64,000 nt of DNA, taken from Candidatus Omnitrophota bacterium. Its GTDB lineage: Bacteria; Omnitrophota; Gorgyraeia; Zapsychrales; JANLHA01. The notes below the pieces were generated by a model. That model saw nothing but the letters and a program-made list of their open reading frames with translations. It ran no database searches and was not told the DNA's origin. Positions 27,799 through 37,149 of the stretch are shown in pieces. The first letter of the stretch is position 1. Each line of letters starts with the position of its first letter. Location: assembly GCA_963662715.1 (NCBI GenBank), contig OY759724.1:2843339-2907338 (forward strand), read 5' to 3'. A program made the position numbers and the translations under genes.

Positions 27799-29409
27799 AT
27801 GCGAAAATTCAATTTGTTAGCCGTTTTCTTGAAATACCGCATCCTGTTGCTCGTATTGCTGTTGATTGATATTCTACGAAATCCTTTTTATCTTAATTTT
27901 GTTGAGTCCTCGGACCGCCTGCGGGAATTCTCCAAATACATTTTCTTGAGATCAGCCGTTTTAAATCAAATTATTGACAACGGGGTAACGGTTTTAAATA
28001 AGCAATTTCATTTGTTGCAGGGTGCGTTCACCAATATTTTGCTTTATTTCGGCGGCTATGTTTTGCTGTGTGTCATCTCTGCGGTTTCCCGGAAGAATGC
28101 GGACCGCCGCGCCCATCCGTCCCTTGTCCCGGGAATACTGATTATCCTGTGGTCTTTTATTTACGTTTTTTGTCTGAAGGATTTTCCTCCCGGCATAAGT
28201 TTCTGCCTTATGGCCTGTATGGTCGGGGTTGCGGGCATGGATTTCATCCTTTTTTTCAGGGAAGGTTTTTTCGATAATAAATCTAATAAAAACATTTTTG
28301 CCGGTTTTTTTACGTCCGTTATTTTTCTGAGTGAATTGTTCTGCGCCCCGCTCTATTGGCAATTTTTATGTGTGTTGCAGGGGAAGAAATTCCCGAAAAA
28401 GATTTCCGTTGTTATTCAGCACGGGCATTTTATGCTCTTTATGGCTGTGGCGCTGATTTTCCTGTCTCCCCTTGAGAGCCCGTCCATTATTGAGATGCGA
28501 CAGATCAAAAAAGGCCAGTACTATGGTCTGCAGTATTATAAGGATAATATCCTGGTGGCGCTTAATGATTTCGAAGGACAGGTGGAACGTATCCACGTGG
28601 GTCATGATGTGTCTACAAAGGTCATTTACCGTTCGACGTTTCCCCGGGGCACGGAGGAGGCCATGGGGGAGAGGCTGGCTTTGAGCCCTGAGAGAGAAGA
28701 GGTGTATTTTACGGACAGGAAACAAAGCCAGCTGATCGTTGCGGATGACCGCAGTCAGAAAATAAAAGCAATGATTTCTTCCGATGTCTTCGATATGGGG
28801 GATAATGCTCTTGCTTACATGAACGGTCACGTTTATGGACTTACGGAAGAAAAACTGTGCGTTTATAAAATTGATATGTCGAGCGCCGCTCCCCAACATG
28901 TCCCGCGTTATTGCATCAATGAAGGAGAGGGAGGGATCATCCTGCCTAACGGGCCGCGTAATGTTTTATATGCCGCGAACTGGAATGATCCGGAAAACCG
29001 ATTTTTTATTTATGAGATTGACGGCCAGACACTGGATATTCACAGACGTTTCCCGATGCCGGCTGCCGGAGTGGCTATGGCCGCCGAAAACGGCAAAAAA
29101 CTGTATTGTATCTGGCCAAGGAATCTTTATGTTTTAGATGCCGGGAATTTTCGTGTTGTTGATAAAATGAAGCTTTCTTACGGCCTGATGAACACGTTTT
29201 CCCTGGATGATACGAATCAATTGGTATTCGGGGCGAACCATTTCACCAATATCATCGAAGTCATCGATTTAAAGACCAAGAAAACAGTGCAATATTTCCG
29301 GGCGGGGATCGGCAATTCCCATATCAGCAGAATCACGGTTGATGCGGAGAATAAAAATTTTTATGCCACGGTATTCCGCGACGGCATTTATATGGGGCAT
29401 TATGAATAG
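27799..29409 (+). CDS. Hypothetical polytopic membrane protein with C-terminal predicted beta-propeller-like soluble domain
   Basis: 536 aa. About 6 hydrophobic segments in the first ~230 aa, then repeated beta-strand-rich segments (...LYAANWNDPENRFFIYEIDGQ...LYCIWPRNLYVLDAGNFRVVD...). Confidence 0.35.
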   Translation: MRKFNLLAVFLKYRILLLVLLLIDILRNPFYLNFVESSDRLREFSKYIFLRSAVLNQIIDNGVTVLNKQFHLLQGAFTNILLYFGGYVLLCVISAVSRKNADRRAHPSLVPGILIILWSFIYVFCLKDFPPGISFCLMACMVGVAGMDFILFFREGFFDNKSNKNIFAGFFTSVIFLSELFCAPLYWQFLCVLQGKKFPKKISVVIQHGHFMLFMAVALIFLSPLESPSIIEMRQIKKGQYYGLQYYKDNILVALNDFEGQVERIHVGHDVSTKVIYRSTFPRGTEEAMGERLALSPEREEVYFTDRKQSQLIVADDRSQKIKAMISSDVFDMGDNALAYMNGHVYGLTEEKLCVYKIDMSSAAPQHVPRYCINEGEGGIILPNGPRNVLYAANWNDPENRFFIYEIDGQTLDIHRRFPMPAAGVAMAAENGKKLYCIWPRNLYVLDAGNFRVVDKMKLSYGLMNTFSLDDTNQLVFGANHFTNIIEVIDLKTKKTVQYFRAGIGNSHISRITVDAENKNFYATVFRDGIYMGHYE

Positions 29410-29458
29410 AGCCCAAGATGCAAGCGGGGGAAACTTTACAAGAAACGGATGAGGCAAC

Positions 29459-30499
29459 GTGAGAGAAACGAGAACTCTTTATAAAACAATTATGATGTTT
29501 CTTGTCCCGACCTGCCTTACGGTCGTCGTCCTGTATCTGTTATTCAGAAAAGTGGATCTGCCGATGATGTGGGCTTCTATGCGGCAGATCCATCCTGTGT
29601 TTCTTTTAACAGCGTTTTCAATTTCTGTTTTCTGTAACATCGCGGTTTATGCGCTGATTCGGTGTAAGATATGGCGGATCATGGGCGTTCCGGTCTCTTA
29701 CCGGGAATCGGTTTTTATCAGGCTGGGAAGCCTGCCGTTTCAGGCGATCCCGACATTTAAAGATACCGGCTTAGCCAAGGCCATATACCTGAAAAAATTT
29801 TTTGCCATGCCGATGACGGAAGGAGTTCTATCAAATATTATTGCCAATATTTTCAGCGTGACGGCAATAATATCTTTGGCGGTCGCCGGCGCTCTGGCGA
29901 ACGGAATCAATGTGATGCATATGTCTCAGATCAACCAGCCGCTTCTGCTCAGAGTGGTCCCGGTTATCGGGGTGATCAGCTTCGTCCTTTATGCGTTTTA
30001 TTTTCATCAGCCCTTTGGGAAAAAAATGCTTTTTCATGTCTGCTTCAAAAGAAACCCGGACCTGTACCGTATTTTTGAAAAAAATATGCATCTCTGGAAA
30101 AAACTTCCCGGGGTCCGGCTCTTCAGCTTTTTTGCCCTGGCCCTTGCTTTTAAGTTAGCCGAGGTGTCTATTTTTTTTGTCTTAGCGCAGGCGTATTCTT
30201 TGAATATCCCCTTTTCGGCTATTTTACTTTTTGTCCCTTTGGCCATGATTATCAGCGAGTCGCCGGCCAATATCTCCGGACTTGGGGTCAGGGAAGGGGC
30301 CCTTGTGCTGTTTTTCTGGAATTTTGCGGCCAAGGAAACCCTTGTGGCCATGGCTGTGCTGGTTTTTGTTTTTAACCGGCTCTGTCCGTTAATACTGGGA
30401 CTTGTGTTTTGTTATCCGTTTTTTTCCAGGTTAGGGGTATCATGGAAAAGCGTCAGGGCCATGGCGGGCCGGGAAGGAATAAATTCATTTTCTACATAA
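29459..30499 (+). CDS. Flippase-like / lysylphosphatidylglycerol-synthase-TM-region family membrane protein
   Basis: 346 aa, ~8 TM segments. The pattern resembles the TIGR00374/PF03706 family that is usually paired with GT2 polyprenol-phosphate glycosyltransferases. Confidence 0.55.
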   Translation: MRETRTLYKTIMMFLVPTCLTVVVLYLLFRKVDLPMMWASMRQIHPVFLLTAFSISVFCNIAVYALIRCKIWRIMGVPVSYRESVFIRLGSLPFQAIPTFKDTGLAKAIYLKKFFAMPMTEGVLSNIIANIFSVTAIISLAVAGALANGINVMHMSQINQPLLLRVVPVIGVISFVLYAFYFHQPFGKKMLFHVCFKRNPDLYRIFEKNMHLWKKLPGVRLFSFFALALAFKLAEVSIFFVLAQAYSLNIPFSAILLFVPLAMIISESPANISGLGVREGALVLFFWNFAAKETLVAMAVLVFVFNRLCPLILGLVFCYPFFSRLGVSWKSVRAMAGREGINSFST

Positions 30500-30517
30500 A
30501 AAGGCCATTGTTGATTC

Positions 30518-31246
30518 ATGCTAAATCAAACGATTTCTCTGGTTGTTCCTGTTTATAATGAGGCGGAAATCATCGCGGAAACAGTTGCCGTTTTTGACGA
30601 CGCCTTAAGGAGCATCTGCCGGGATTACGAAATCATTATCGTGGACGACGGAAGCGTTGATGAAACCCCGGGGATTCTTCAGCGCCTCTGTTCCCAGCAC
30701 GTTCGTTTAAAGATTATGCATAATTCTGCCAATATCGGAAGCGGGGCCAGCCTTTGGCGGGGCTTTCAGCAGGCGGGCAAAGACCTTGTCGTCAGCAATT
30801 TCGCGGACAGGCCTTTTGATGTTACGGAGCTGGGAAGAATTATCCCGTCCGTTGATTTCAGCGCCACAGACTTCGTCGTGGTTGTCCGGCAGGACAGAAG
30901 CGCAAACACACCCTATCGTAAGATCACGTCTTTGACGAATTATTGGCTTATCCGATGCCTTTTCCGAATTGAGATTTCTGATTTCCAATTTGTGCAGATT
31001 TACAGGCGGGACATCCTGAAGGGCGTTCGCATTGACTCCCAGGAAACATTTGTTCCCCCCGAGCTTATGATCAGGCTGATTCAAAAGGGATATCGGTATC
31101 AGGAGGTTGTTTCTTCTTTTTATAGACGGCCCGGGGGCCAGCCCAAGTGCGGTCATCCCGGGAAAATCATGAAAAGTATATTTGATATTTTAAAATTTTG
31201 GATATCCTGGGAAATCTTGGGGAAAAAGGACGGAGGGGAGCGATGA
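30518..31246 (+). CDS. GT2 glycosyltransferase, polyprenol-phosphate sugar transferase type (ArnC/DPM1-like)
   Basis: 242 aa. N-terminus SLVVPVYNEAEIIAETVAVF...YEIIIVDDGSVDETPGIL is the GT-A DXD region of ArnC/DPM1-like enzymes. Confidence 0.8.
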   Translation: MLNQTISLVVPVYNEAEIIAETVAVFDDALRSICRDYEIIIVDDGSVDETPGILQRLCSQHVRLKIMHNSANIGSGASLWRGFQQAGKDLVVSNFADRPFDVTELGRIIPSVDFSATDFVVVVRQDRSANTPYRKITSLTNYWLIRCLFRIEISDFQFVQIYRRDILKGVRIDSQETFVPPELMIRLIQKGYRYQEVVSSFYRRPGGQPKCGHPGKIMKSIFDILKFWISWEILGKKDGGER

Positions 31247-31941
31247 GAATCAGCATTATGCAACCCGGGTATTTACCCTGGCTGGGTTTCTTTGACCTGA
31301 TGGCCCGCTGTGAACTGTTTGTGATACTCGATGACGTCCGGTTTGCCCCAAGGGACTGGCGTAGCCGTAACCGGATCCGCACCAAAGACGGATGGGTCTG
31401 GTTGACGGTCCCGGTTTTATCCAAAGGCCGGGCCGGGCAAAACATTCTAGACGCTCAAATCAATAATGATATCAACTGGCGTCATACTCATTTGAACTGT
31501 TTGAGAATTCATTATGCGAAGGCCCCGTATTTTAAGGATTACATCCGATTGTTCGAGGATGTTTACACCCGACAGTGGAACAGCCTGCTGGAGCTGGATA
31601 TGGCCCTGATTTCCTCCCTGTCCCGGCAAATGAAGATTGAGACCCCTGTCATGCACTCGTCATCTTTATCTCTTACGGATGTCTCCGGCAATGAACGTAT
31701 CATTAAAATCTGTCAAGAACTGGACGCCCAAGAGCTTTACGACAGTCAGGGCGCTAAGCCGTTTATCCAAATGCCTCTATTTGAGGAAGCGAATATCCGG
31801 GTGGTTTTTCAGGATTACCGGCATCCGGAATATCAACAAGTTTATGAACCGTTTTTACCGTATATGTCTGTCGTTGATTTATTGTTTAACGAAGGGCCGC
31901 GGAGCAAGGATGTTCTGCTGCGTGATGGCCCTTCCGGTTAA
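31243..31941 (+). CDS. WbqC-family protein (polysaccharide-cluster associated)
   Basis: MRISIMQPGYLPWLGFFDLMARCELFVILDDV matches the WbqC family N-terminus. Start set at the ATG that overlaps the upstream stop (ATGA), not the track's upstream ATG at 31198. Confidence 0.6.
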   Translation: MRISIMQPGYLPWLGFFDLMARCELFVILDDVRFAPRDWRSRNRIRTKDGWVWLTVPVLSKGRAGQNILDAQINNDINWRHTHLNCLRIHYAKAPYFKDYIRLFEDVYTRQWNSLLELDMALISSLSRQMKIETPVMHSSSLSLTDVSGNERIIKICQELDAQELYDSQGAKPFIQMPLFEEANIRVVFQDYRHPEYQQVYEPFLPYMSVVDLLFNEGPRSKDVLLRDGPSG

Positions 31942-31971
31942 AGGGTAGACAAGGAAAAGGAAGATGGTTTT

Positions 31972-33807
31972 ATGAAGAAATATCCCTGGATGCCGTTTTT
32001 CATATTATTGGCTGTTGCGTTGGGCTTTGCGGCCCCTGTCTTGAAAAACATCCATTACTGGGGCCATATGGACTGGGACCAGTTTACATTCTGGCATGCC
32101 GTCCCGCGGGAAACAATTTTAAAATACCGTCAGTTCCCGCTTTGGAATCCTTATGTCAACGGCGGAAATGTCCTGCTGGCCCATCCTCATTCGGCTTTTT
32201 TATCCCCTTTTTTTATTTGTGTTCTGATCTGGGGGCCGGTTATCGGCCTTAAGCTGGAGATAGTGCTCCATCTGTTTGCCGGGCTGACGGGGATGTACAC
32301 GCTGTCGAGATATATGAAGATGAACGAACGGGCCGCTTATCTCTCTTCTTTTGTCTATATGTTAAGTTCGATTTTCCCGTTGCACTTGGGGGAAGGACAA
32401 GCCGAGTGGCTTTCCCTGGCTTTTGTCCCCTGGTTTTTTTTGTTTTTTTTGAAAACAATAGATGCGGACATGGCCCGTCGGACGGTTACGGCTGAATCAT
32501 CCGGAAGGACAGACCTTGCTTCCGGACCGGTGAGGCATGGGAATCCTTTGGCGGGAATAAAGAATTTTACGGCTGCCGTATTTTTTTTGGGCATGATTTT
32601 GGTGAGCGGGGTATATGTCTTTAACATCCTCTTCGTATTTTTGTGCTTGTATTCTCTCCTGAAATCGGTCCGAGAGAAGAGCCCGGCGCCCCTTAAAATT
32701 TTCAGCGTCATTCTCCTGGGGGCATGTTTGTTGTGCGCTGTTAAACTGCTGCCCATGCTGGAATTTTTAAACCAGTATCCCCGGCTGATCGACCAAAAGA
32801 GCGGGCTGGGCTGGGACACATTAGGAACCATGCTTTTCAGCCGGCAACAGGCCCTTTTGGACATGCGTCTCTGGGAAACGGTTCTTCTTGAGACAGGGGA
32901 ATATCAGTACGGCTGGCATGAATACGGAGCCTATGTCGGATTTCTGCCTTTCTTTTTGTTCCTTTACGGGGTTTTCAAAAGATATAAGAAGAACTGGCCT
33001 TTAATCCTCACCGCCGTTATCTGCCTACTGATTGTTTTGGGGGCGCGCGCTCCCGTCAATATCTGGGGCTTCCTTCGTCATTTCCCGGTCTATAAATCCC
33101 TTACGGTACCCTCGAGATTTATTTTTTGTTTCATTTTTCCGTTTGCCTTGTTGGCGGGCTGGGGGCTGTTTTGTTTGGAATCGTATTTGCCGCAGAGGGC
33201 TAAATCATTATCCGTCATGATTGTTCTGCTGGTCCTCACGGATTTATGGCAGGTCAATGCTCCGATCTTTAAAAATGTTTTCAGAATACCTCCGGTTAAG
33301 GTGTCCAGCGCCGGAGAGTTCCGGCAGCGGTACGACAAGATTAATTTTTATGAGGATAAAGATATCAACCGCAGTTCTCAATACCCGGTTTTCCTGAGTC
33401 ATAGCGGGATTCTGGATGCTTACGAATGCGTGCAGGTCAAACGGGGCGATGTCCGTGCGCTGACCGATCCCGGATACCGGGGGGAGATTTATTTTAAAGA
33501 CAATAAGGGGGACATTTTAAGCCAACAGTTTTCTCCCAATAAAATTACCGTTGATATTGAAACAGAAGAGCAGGATGTCCTGGTCATCAACCAGAATTAT
33601 TATCGGGGATGGCGTCTCCGCTATAACGGACGTAAACAGCAGCCTGTCAGTTACAACGGGTTGATCGCGGCTTCTGTCCCGCCGGGCCGTCACCGCATAA
33701 TTTTTTATTATTTGCCTTGGAGTTTCATCCTGGGGCTGGGGGTGAGTTTGGCTTTTATCGGCGGAATCCTTTTTTGTTTTATCAAAAATTCCCAATATCG
33801 GGGATAG
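31972..33807 (+). CDS. Large polytopic membrane protein, possibly a GT-C-fold / YfhO-like glycosyltransferase
   Basis: 611 aa. More than 10 hydrophobic segments plus a C-terminal periplasmic-like domain and a final TM segment. No confident family assignment. Confidence 0.4.
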   Translation: MKKYPWMPFFILLAVALGFAAPVLKNIHYWGHMDWDQFTFWHAVPRETILKYRQFPLWNPYVNGGNVLLAHPHSAFLSPFFICVLIWGPVIGLKLEIVLHLFAGLTGMYTLSRYMKMNERAAYLSSFVYMLSSIFPLHLGEGQAEWLSLAFVPWFFLFFLKTIDADMARRTVTAESSGRTDLASGPVRHGNPLAGIKNFTAAVFFLGMILVSGVYVFNILFVFLCLYSLLKSVREKSPAPLKIFSVILLGACLLCAVKLLPMLEFLNQYPRLIDQKSGLGWDTLGTMLFSRQQALLDMRLWETVLLETGEYQYGWHEYGAYVGFLPFFLFLYGVFKRYKKNWPLILTAVICLLIVLGARAPVNIWGFLRHFPVYKSLTVPSRFIFCFIFPFALLAGWGLFCLESYLPQRAKSLSVMIVLLVLTDLWQVNAPIFKNVFRIPPVKVSSAGEFRQRYDKINFYEDKDINRSSQYPVFLSHSGILDAYECVQVKRGDVRALTDPGYRGEIYFKDNKGDILSQQFSPNKITVDIETEEQDVLVINQNYYRGWRLRYNGRKQQPVSYNGLIAASVPPGRHRIIFYYLPWSFILGLGVSLAFIGGILFCFIKNSQYRG

Positions 33808-33818
33808 GAGGGGGGAAG

Positions 33819-35312
33819 TTACCAGTAGTTGCCCAAAGGCCGCTTTTGCTCTTCGACGCATCGGAAAGGTTCGTATGTCGCTGATCTGACGAGACGGTAT
33901 TTCCCGGAAGAGGCCGATCTGATATAATCCACTTCTTGAACATCGATGTCGATACGGTCCCCCAGCAGGGATTTTATGCCTTTTTTTATCTGTTCGATGT
34001 CCAGCCGGACTGAGGGATCGTCCTTGACAACTTTAAAGTCTATGGTCTCAGCGTTGCGTTGAATGCACTGAAAAAGCTTAACGCCGGGGTAATCAAGAAA
34101 AGCACCGATCACTTCCTTTGAAGGAATCGGGGCCCCTTCCCGGCTGATGATCAAGTCCTGCAGCCGGCCTGCCACGTCCATAAGTTGACTTGTCCTTCGG
34201 CAGGCACAGGACTGGTTGTGAAATTTTCCGACGTCGCCGTGTTCGTAGCGGATAAACGGCATGCCGTAGGAATTTAATGCTGTCACGATAATATTCGCCA
34301 GTTCTCCTTCCTGCGCTTTTTCCCCGGAATTCTTTATGAACTCGATATAACATTGCTCTTCCAGGATGTGCATCAACCCGTCGCTGTGCGGACAGGAACT
34401 GGCAATCCGACCCAGTTCGCATCCTCCGTAACTTTGAAACACAGGAGCATGAAATTGTTCGCCGATAAATTGTCTCATGGCGCGGGTGGATACCCCGGCC
34501 GTCAGGTCTATGCCTTTGCAGGCAGGGAGCCGGCAGGGATGCTTCTGCAGGTATCGGGCACACAAATAGAGATAAACAGGGTAGCCGGTGATGATTTGAG
34601 GCCGGAATCGCTGGATCTCTTTAATATAGGCTAATATGTCATTATCTGTAAAATCCGCTTCTAATGGAGGAGGAAAACGCCGGTTGTTGATAAGACTGTT
34701 GGCGATATGCCTTTCGACAAAGATATAATACGCTTGCCTTCTGTATTTATGGCGGCTTAGCGCCATTTGCAGATATTGACGCAGCCCCACTTCAGGGCTT
34801 TGTCCGTCGGGCAGGCAGGGTTGACATTCATTGGGGGCTAACCGCAGGATAGAGTCATTCACATCACAGCCCATCAAATAGCGGCTTCTTAATTTTGAGG
34901 CATATTTGTAATTGATATCCTCATGATCATGCACCAGCATTAAACCGGCCCCGGTCGTCCCTGAGGTGTTTGAAAATCGCATGAATTCTTTAGGGTAATT
35001 CTGCGCGATGACATTTTTAGGGAAAAATTCCCGCAGCTCCTTTTTTGTGATAACAGGCAGTCTCCTGAAATCCTCTTCGCATCGGATGTCTGCGGGGGTG
35101 ATCCCCGCCTCATCGTATTTTTTGCGGTAAAAGGGGACATTTTGGTATGCGTGGTCAACCACCCGCATGAGTTTTGCCCAGCGTCTTTTTCTCCTGATCT
35201 CCGCCGGATCAAAATCAGCCTGGATATATTGGCCGTAATAATCCCAGCCTTTGTTGGAACTGCATTTTGCCGCAAGAGGCAGCATAATATTTTTTAAGAT
35301 ATATTTGCGCAT
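33819..35312 (-). CDS. Adenylate-forming enzyme of the phenylacetate-CoA ligase / coenzyme F390 synthetase / CapK family
   Basis: 497 aa. ...FYRKKYDEAGITPADIRCEEDFRRLPVITKKELREFFPKN... with ANL-superfamily architecture typical of CapK/PaaK-like proteins. Confidence 0.7.
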   Translation of the reverse strand: MRKYILKNIMLPLAAKCSSNKGWDYYGQYIQADFDPAEIRRKRRWAKLMRVVDHAYQNVPFYRKKYDEAGITPADIRCEEDFRRLPVITKKELREFFPKNVIAQNYPKEFMRFSNTSGTTGAGLMLVHDHEDINYKYASKLRSRYLMGCDVNDSILRLAPNECQPCLPDGQSPEVGLRQYLQMALSRHKYRRQAYYIFVERHIANSLINNRRFPPPLEADFTDNDILAYIKEIQRFRPQIITGYPVYLYLCARYLQKHPCRLPACKGIDLTAGVSTRAMRQFIGEQFHAPVFQSYGGCELGRIASSCPHSDGLMHILEEQCYIEFIKNSGEKAQEGELANIIVTALNSYGMPFIRYEHGDVGKFHNQSCACRRTSQLMDVAGRLQDLIISREGAPIPSKEVIGAFLDYPGVKLFQCIQRNAETIDFKVVKDDPSVRLDIEQIKKGIKSLLGDRIDIDVQEVDYIRSASSGKYRLVRSATYEPFRCVEEQKRPLGNYW

Positions 35313-36793
35313 GATTTATTCCCGACAGCCCTGAGGATTTTCCGGGGATAATGTTGTATATATATGATAAAACGTCTGTCTTTGTTTTTAAGAGCCAGAA
35401 GGGTCATGAGTATTATAATGAAAAAGTTGGGGATATAGCGGAATTTTTTCCAATGATTTTTTCTCTGCAAAAAAATCCTGAAATTTCGCGGCAGAAGGGG
35501 AAGGACTTTGAAATATTTTTGGAAACACGCGTTGATCTCCCTCAGTTCTCTCGCCCCGGCAACTTCGGAGAAGAAATCTTCATGATAATCGGCATTGTCC
35601 TTGATGCCCTCCGGAGAATAATCATAGATATCCGCATGGCGGTAAAAAACCAGATTATGGCATTTGATCCTGTTGAGATACTTCTGCCGTCCGTAAATTT
35701 CAGCCGCTTTTTTGTGATCGCCCTGCGTTTCCCCGGGTATCCCGAAAAGATGGTCCGCATCATACATGAGCCGGTGCCGTTCACACATGGCAAAAGCCTT
35801 TAAAATATTTTCTGTCTTTTCCTCCCGCGAAAGGACTCTTTCTTTCAGCGATTCATTGAATGTCTGCACCCCGAATTCGACACAGTAGCAGCGGCTTTGT
35901 TTAAGCATCCCGGCTGTTTCGTCGTCGAAACTTTCGGCTTTGCCGAAACATTTAAAAGGCAGACGGATATCTTCCCGGTATCGCGGCAGGTATTCTCTGA
36001 GCCAGCTTTTATTTAAGGCAAAAATAGAATCTTTATAGATGACTTCCTGAATGTCGTATTTCACGCGGGCTGCTTTGAGTTCGGCGATGACATGAGCCGG
36101 GTCCCGTCTGCGGAAAAACTGCGGCCCGAAATTGTTCTTCAGTACGGTTTCCAGACAGTAAGAACAGCTGCACGGACAGCCTTTGCTCGTGTAAATGAGA
36201 TAGCTGCTTTTAAAAGAAATGTGCCCGGAAAAAAGATCCTTGTCCGGAGGAGGCAATTCATTGAGGTCTGCCATGGCCGTAGACCGGAAGACTTTGCAGT
36301 TTTTCCCGATGTGATCGTCCCTCAGGAAAATATTAAAGGTATATTCCGGTTCTCCGATCAGGGTGAAGTCAAAATGAGGGCGTGACGGATTTTCAATATA
36401 AGACAAATAAACAGTTCTGACATCGGGGCGTTTGCGTTTTACGGTTTTCAATACATCGTTGACCCATGCTTCATTTTGATGGATAGCGTCATAAAAGACA
36501 ATCAAATCCGGGGAGGTGATGAGGAAGTTGTCCGTGAACCGCTCCATATTACGAATAAAGCTGTGAAGCCGGCGTGAAGAGATGACGTTGTCCGAAACCC
36601 CGAAAATGTCCTGGTCGTAGGCCAGAGAAGTTTTATGCCCAAACTGCTTGGCGATGGCCGAGAGGGTTTCGGTGACCACCGCATCCTGCAAAAAATACCG
36701 GCCTTTGTACAAAAATAAAATATTCATAACTGGTAGCTGTTGCCCCCCCTGTGCGGCTTTCTGGAAATTTAAAGGCTCCGTTAACGTTAACAA
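35294..36793 (-). CDS. Cobalamin-binding-domain radical SAM enzyme (class B-like)
   Basis: 499 aa. N-terminal B12-binding domain (MNILFLYKGRYF...), then radical SAM CPCSCSYC. Overlaps the downstream CapK-like gene by 19 nt on the minus strand. Confidence 0.8.
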   Translation of the reverse strand: MLTLTEPLNFQKAAQGGQQLPVMNILFLYKGRYFLQDAVVTETLSAIAKQFGHKTSLAYDQDIFGVSDNVISSRRLHSFIRNMERFTDNFLITSPDLIVFYDAIHQNEAWVNDVLKTVKRKRPDVRTVYLSYIENPSRPHFDFTLIGEPEYTFNIFLRDDHIGKNCKVFRSTAMADLNELPPPDKDLFSGHISFKSSYLIYTSKGCPCSCSYCLETVLKNNFGPQFFRRRDPAHVIAELKAARVKYDIQEVIYKDSIFALNKSWLREYLPRYREDIRLPFKCFGKAESFDDETAGMLKQSRCYCVEFGVQTFNESLKERVLSREEKTENILKAFAMCERHRLMYDADHLFGIPGETQGDHKKAAEIYGRQKYLNRIKCHNLVFYRHADIYDYSPEGIKDNADYHEDFFSEVAGARELREINACFQKYFKVLPLLPRNFRIFLQRKNHWKKFRYIPNFFIIILMTLLALKNKDRRFIIYIQHYPRKILRAVGNKSCANIS

Positions 36794-37149
36794 TAAACGG
36801 GCTGTTTTTCAGTGAATTCGCGGTGCCCTTGAACGGGAACTGTAAAGTGCGGGCATTAACTTAAAGTTGATTTTATGATACTAAAAACAAAGACATTAAA
36901 CTAGAACAAAATTTGCAATTTCAGCTCTTGCCCCTCCGCCGTGTTTCGCCTGGAAGAGTTTTCCGTTATCACAACATAGTCGAGAAAAGCCTGGAAATAA
37001 AAAACAGAATCGCTTTTGCTATTAATATTTAGTATAATATTATGACAAATAAAAATTTTAAATATGATTCATCTAAAGAAATTATTTTCAAAGACATGAA
37101 GGATAGCGGCGATCCTAATAGCCAATGAGAGAGGAGAAATAAAGGTCAT
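36794..37149. promoter_or_regulatory. AT-rich divergent intergenic region between the minus-strand B12-rSAM/CapK pair and the plus-strand HEAT-repeat gene
   Basis: 356 bp non-coding, AT-rich, with several TATAAT/TTGACA-like hexamers on both strands. The only strand switch inside the island. Confidence 0.3.
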
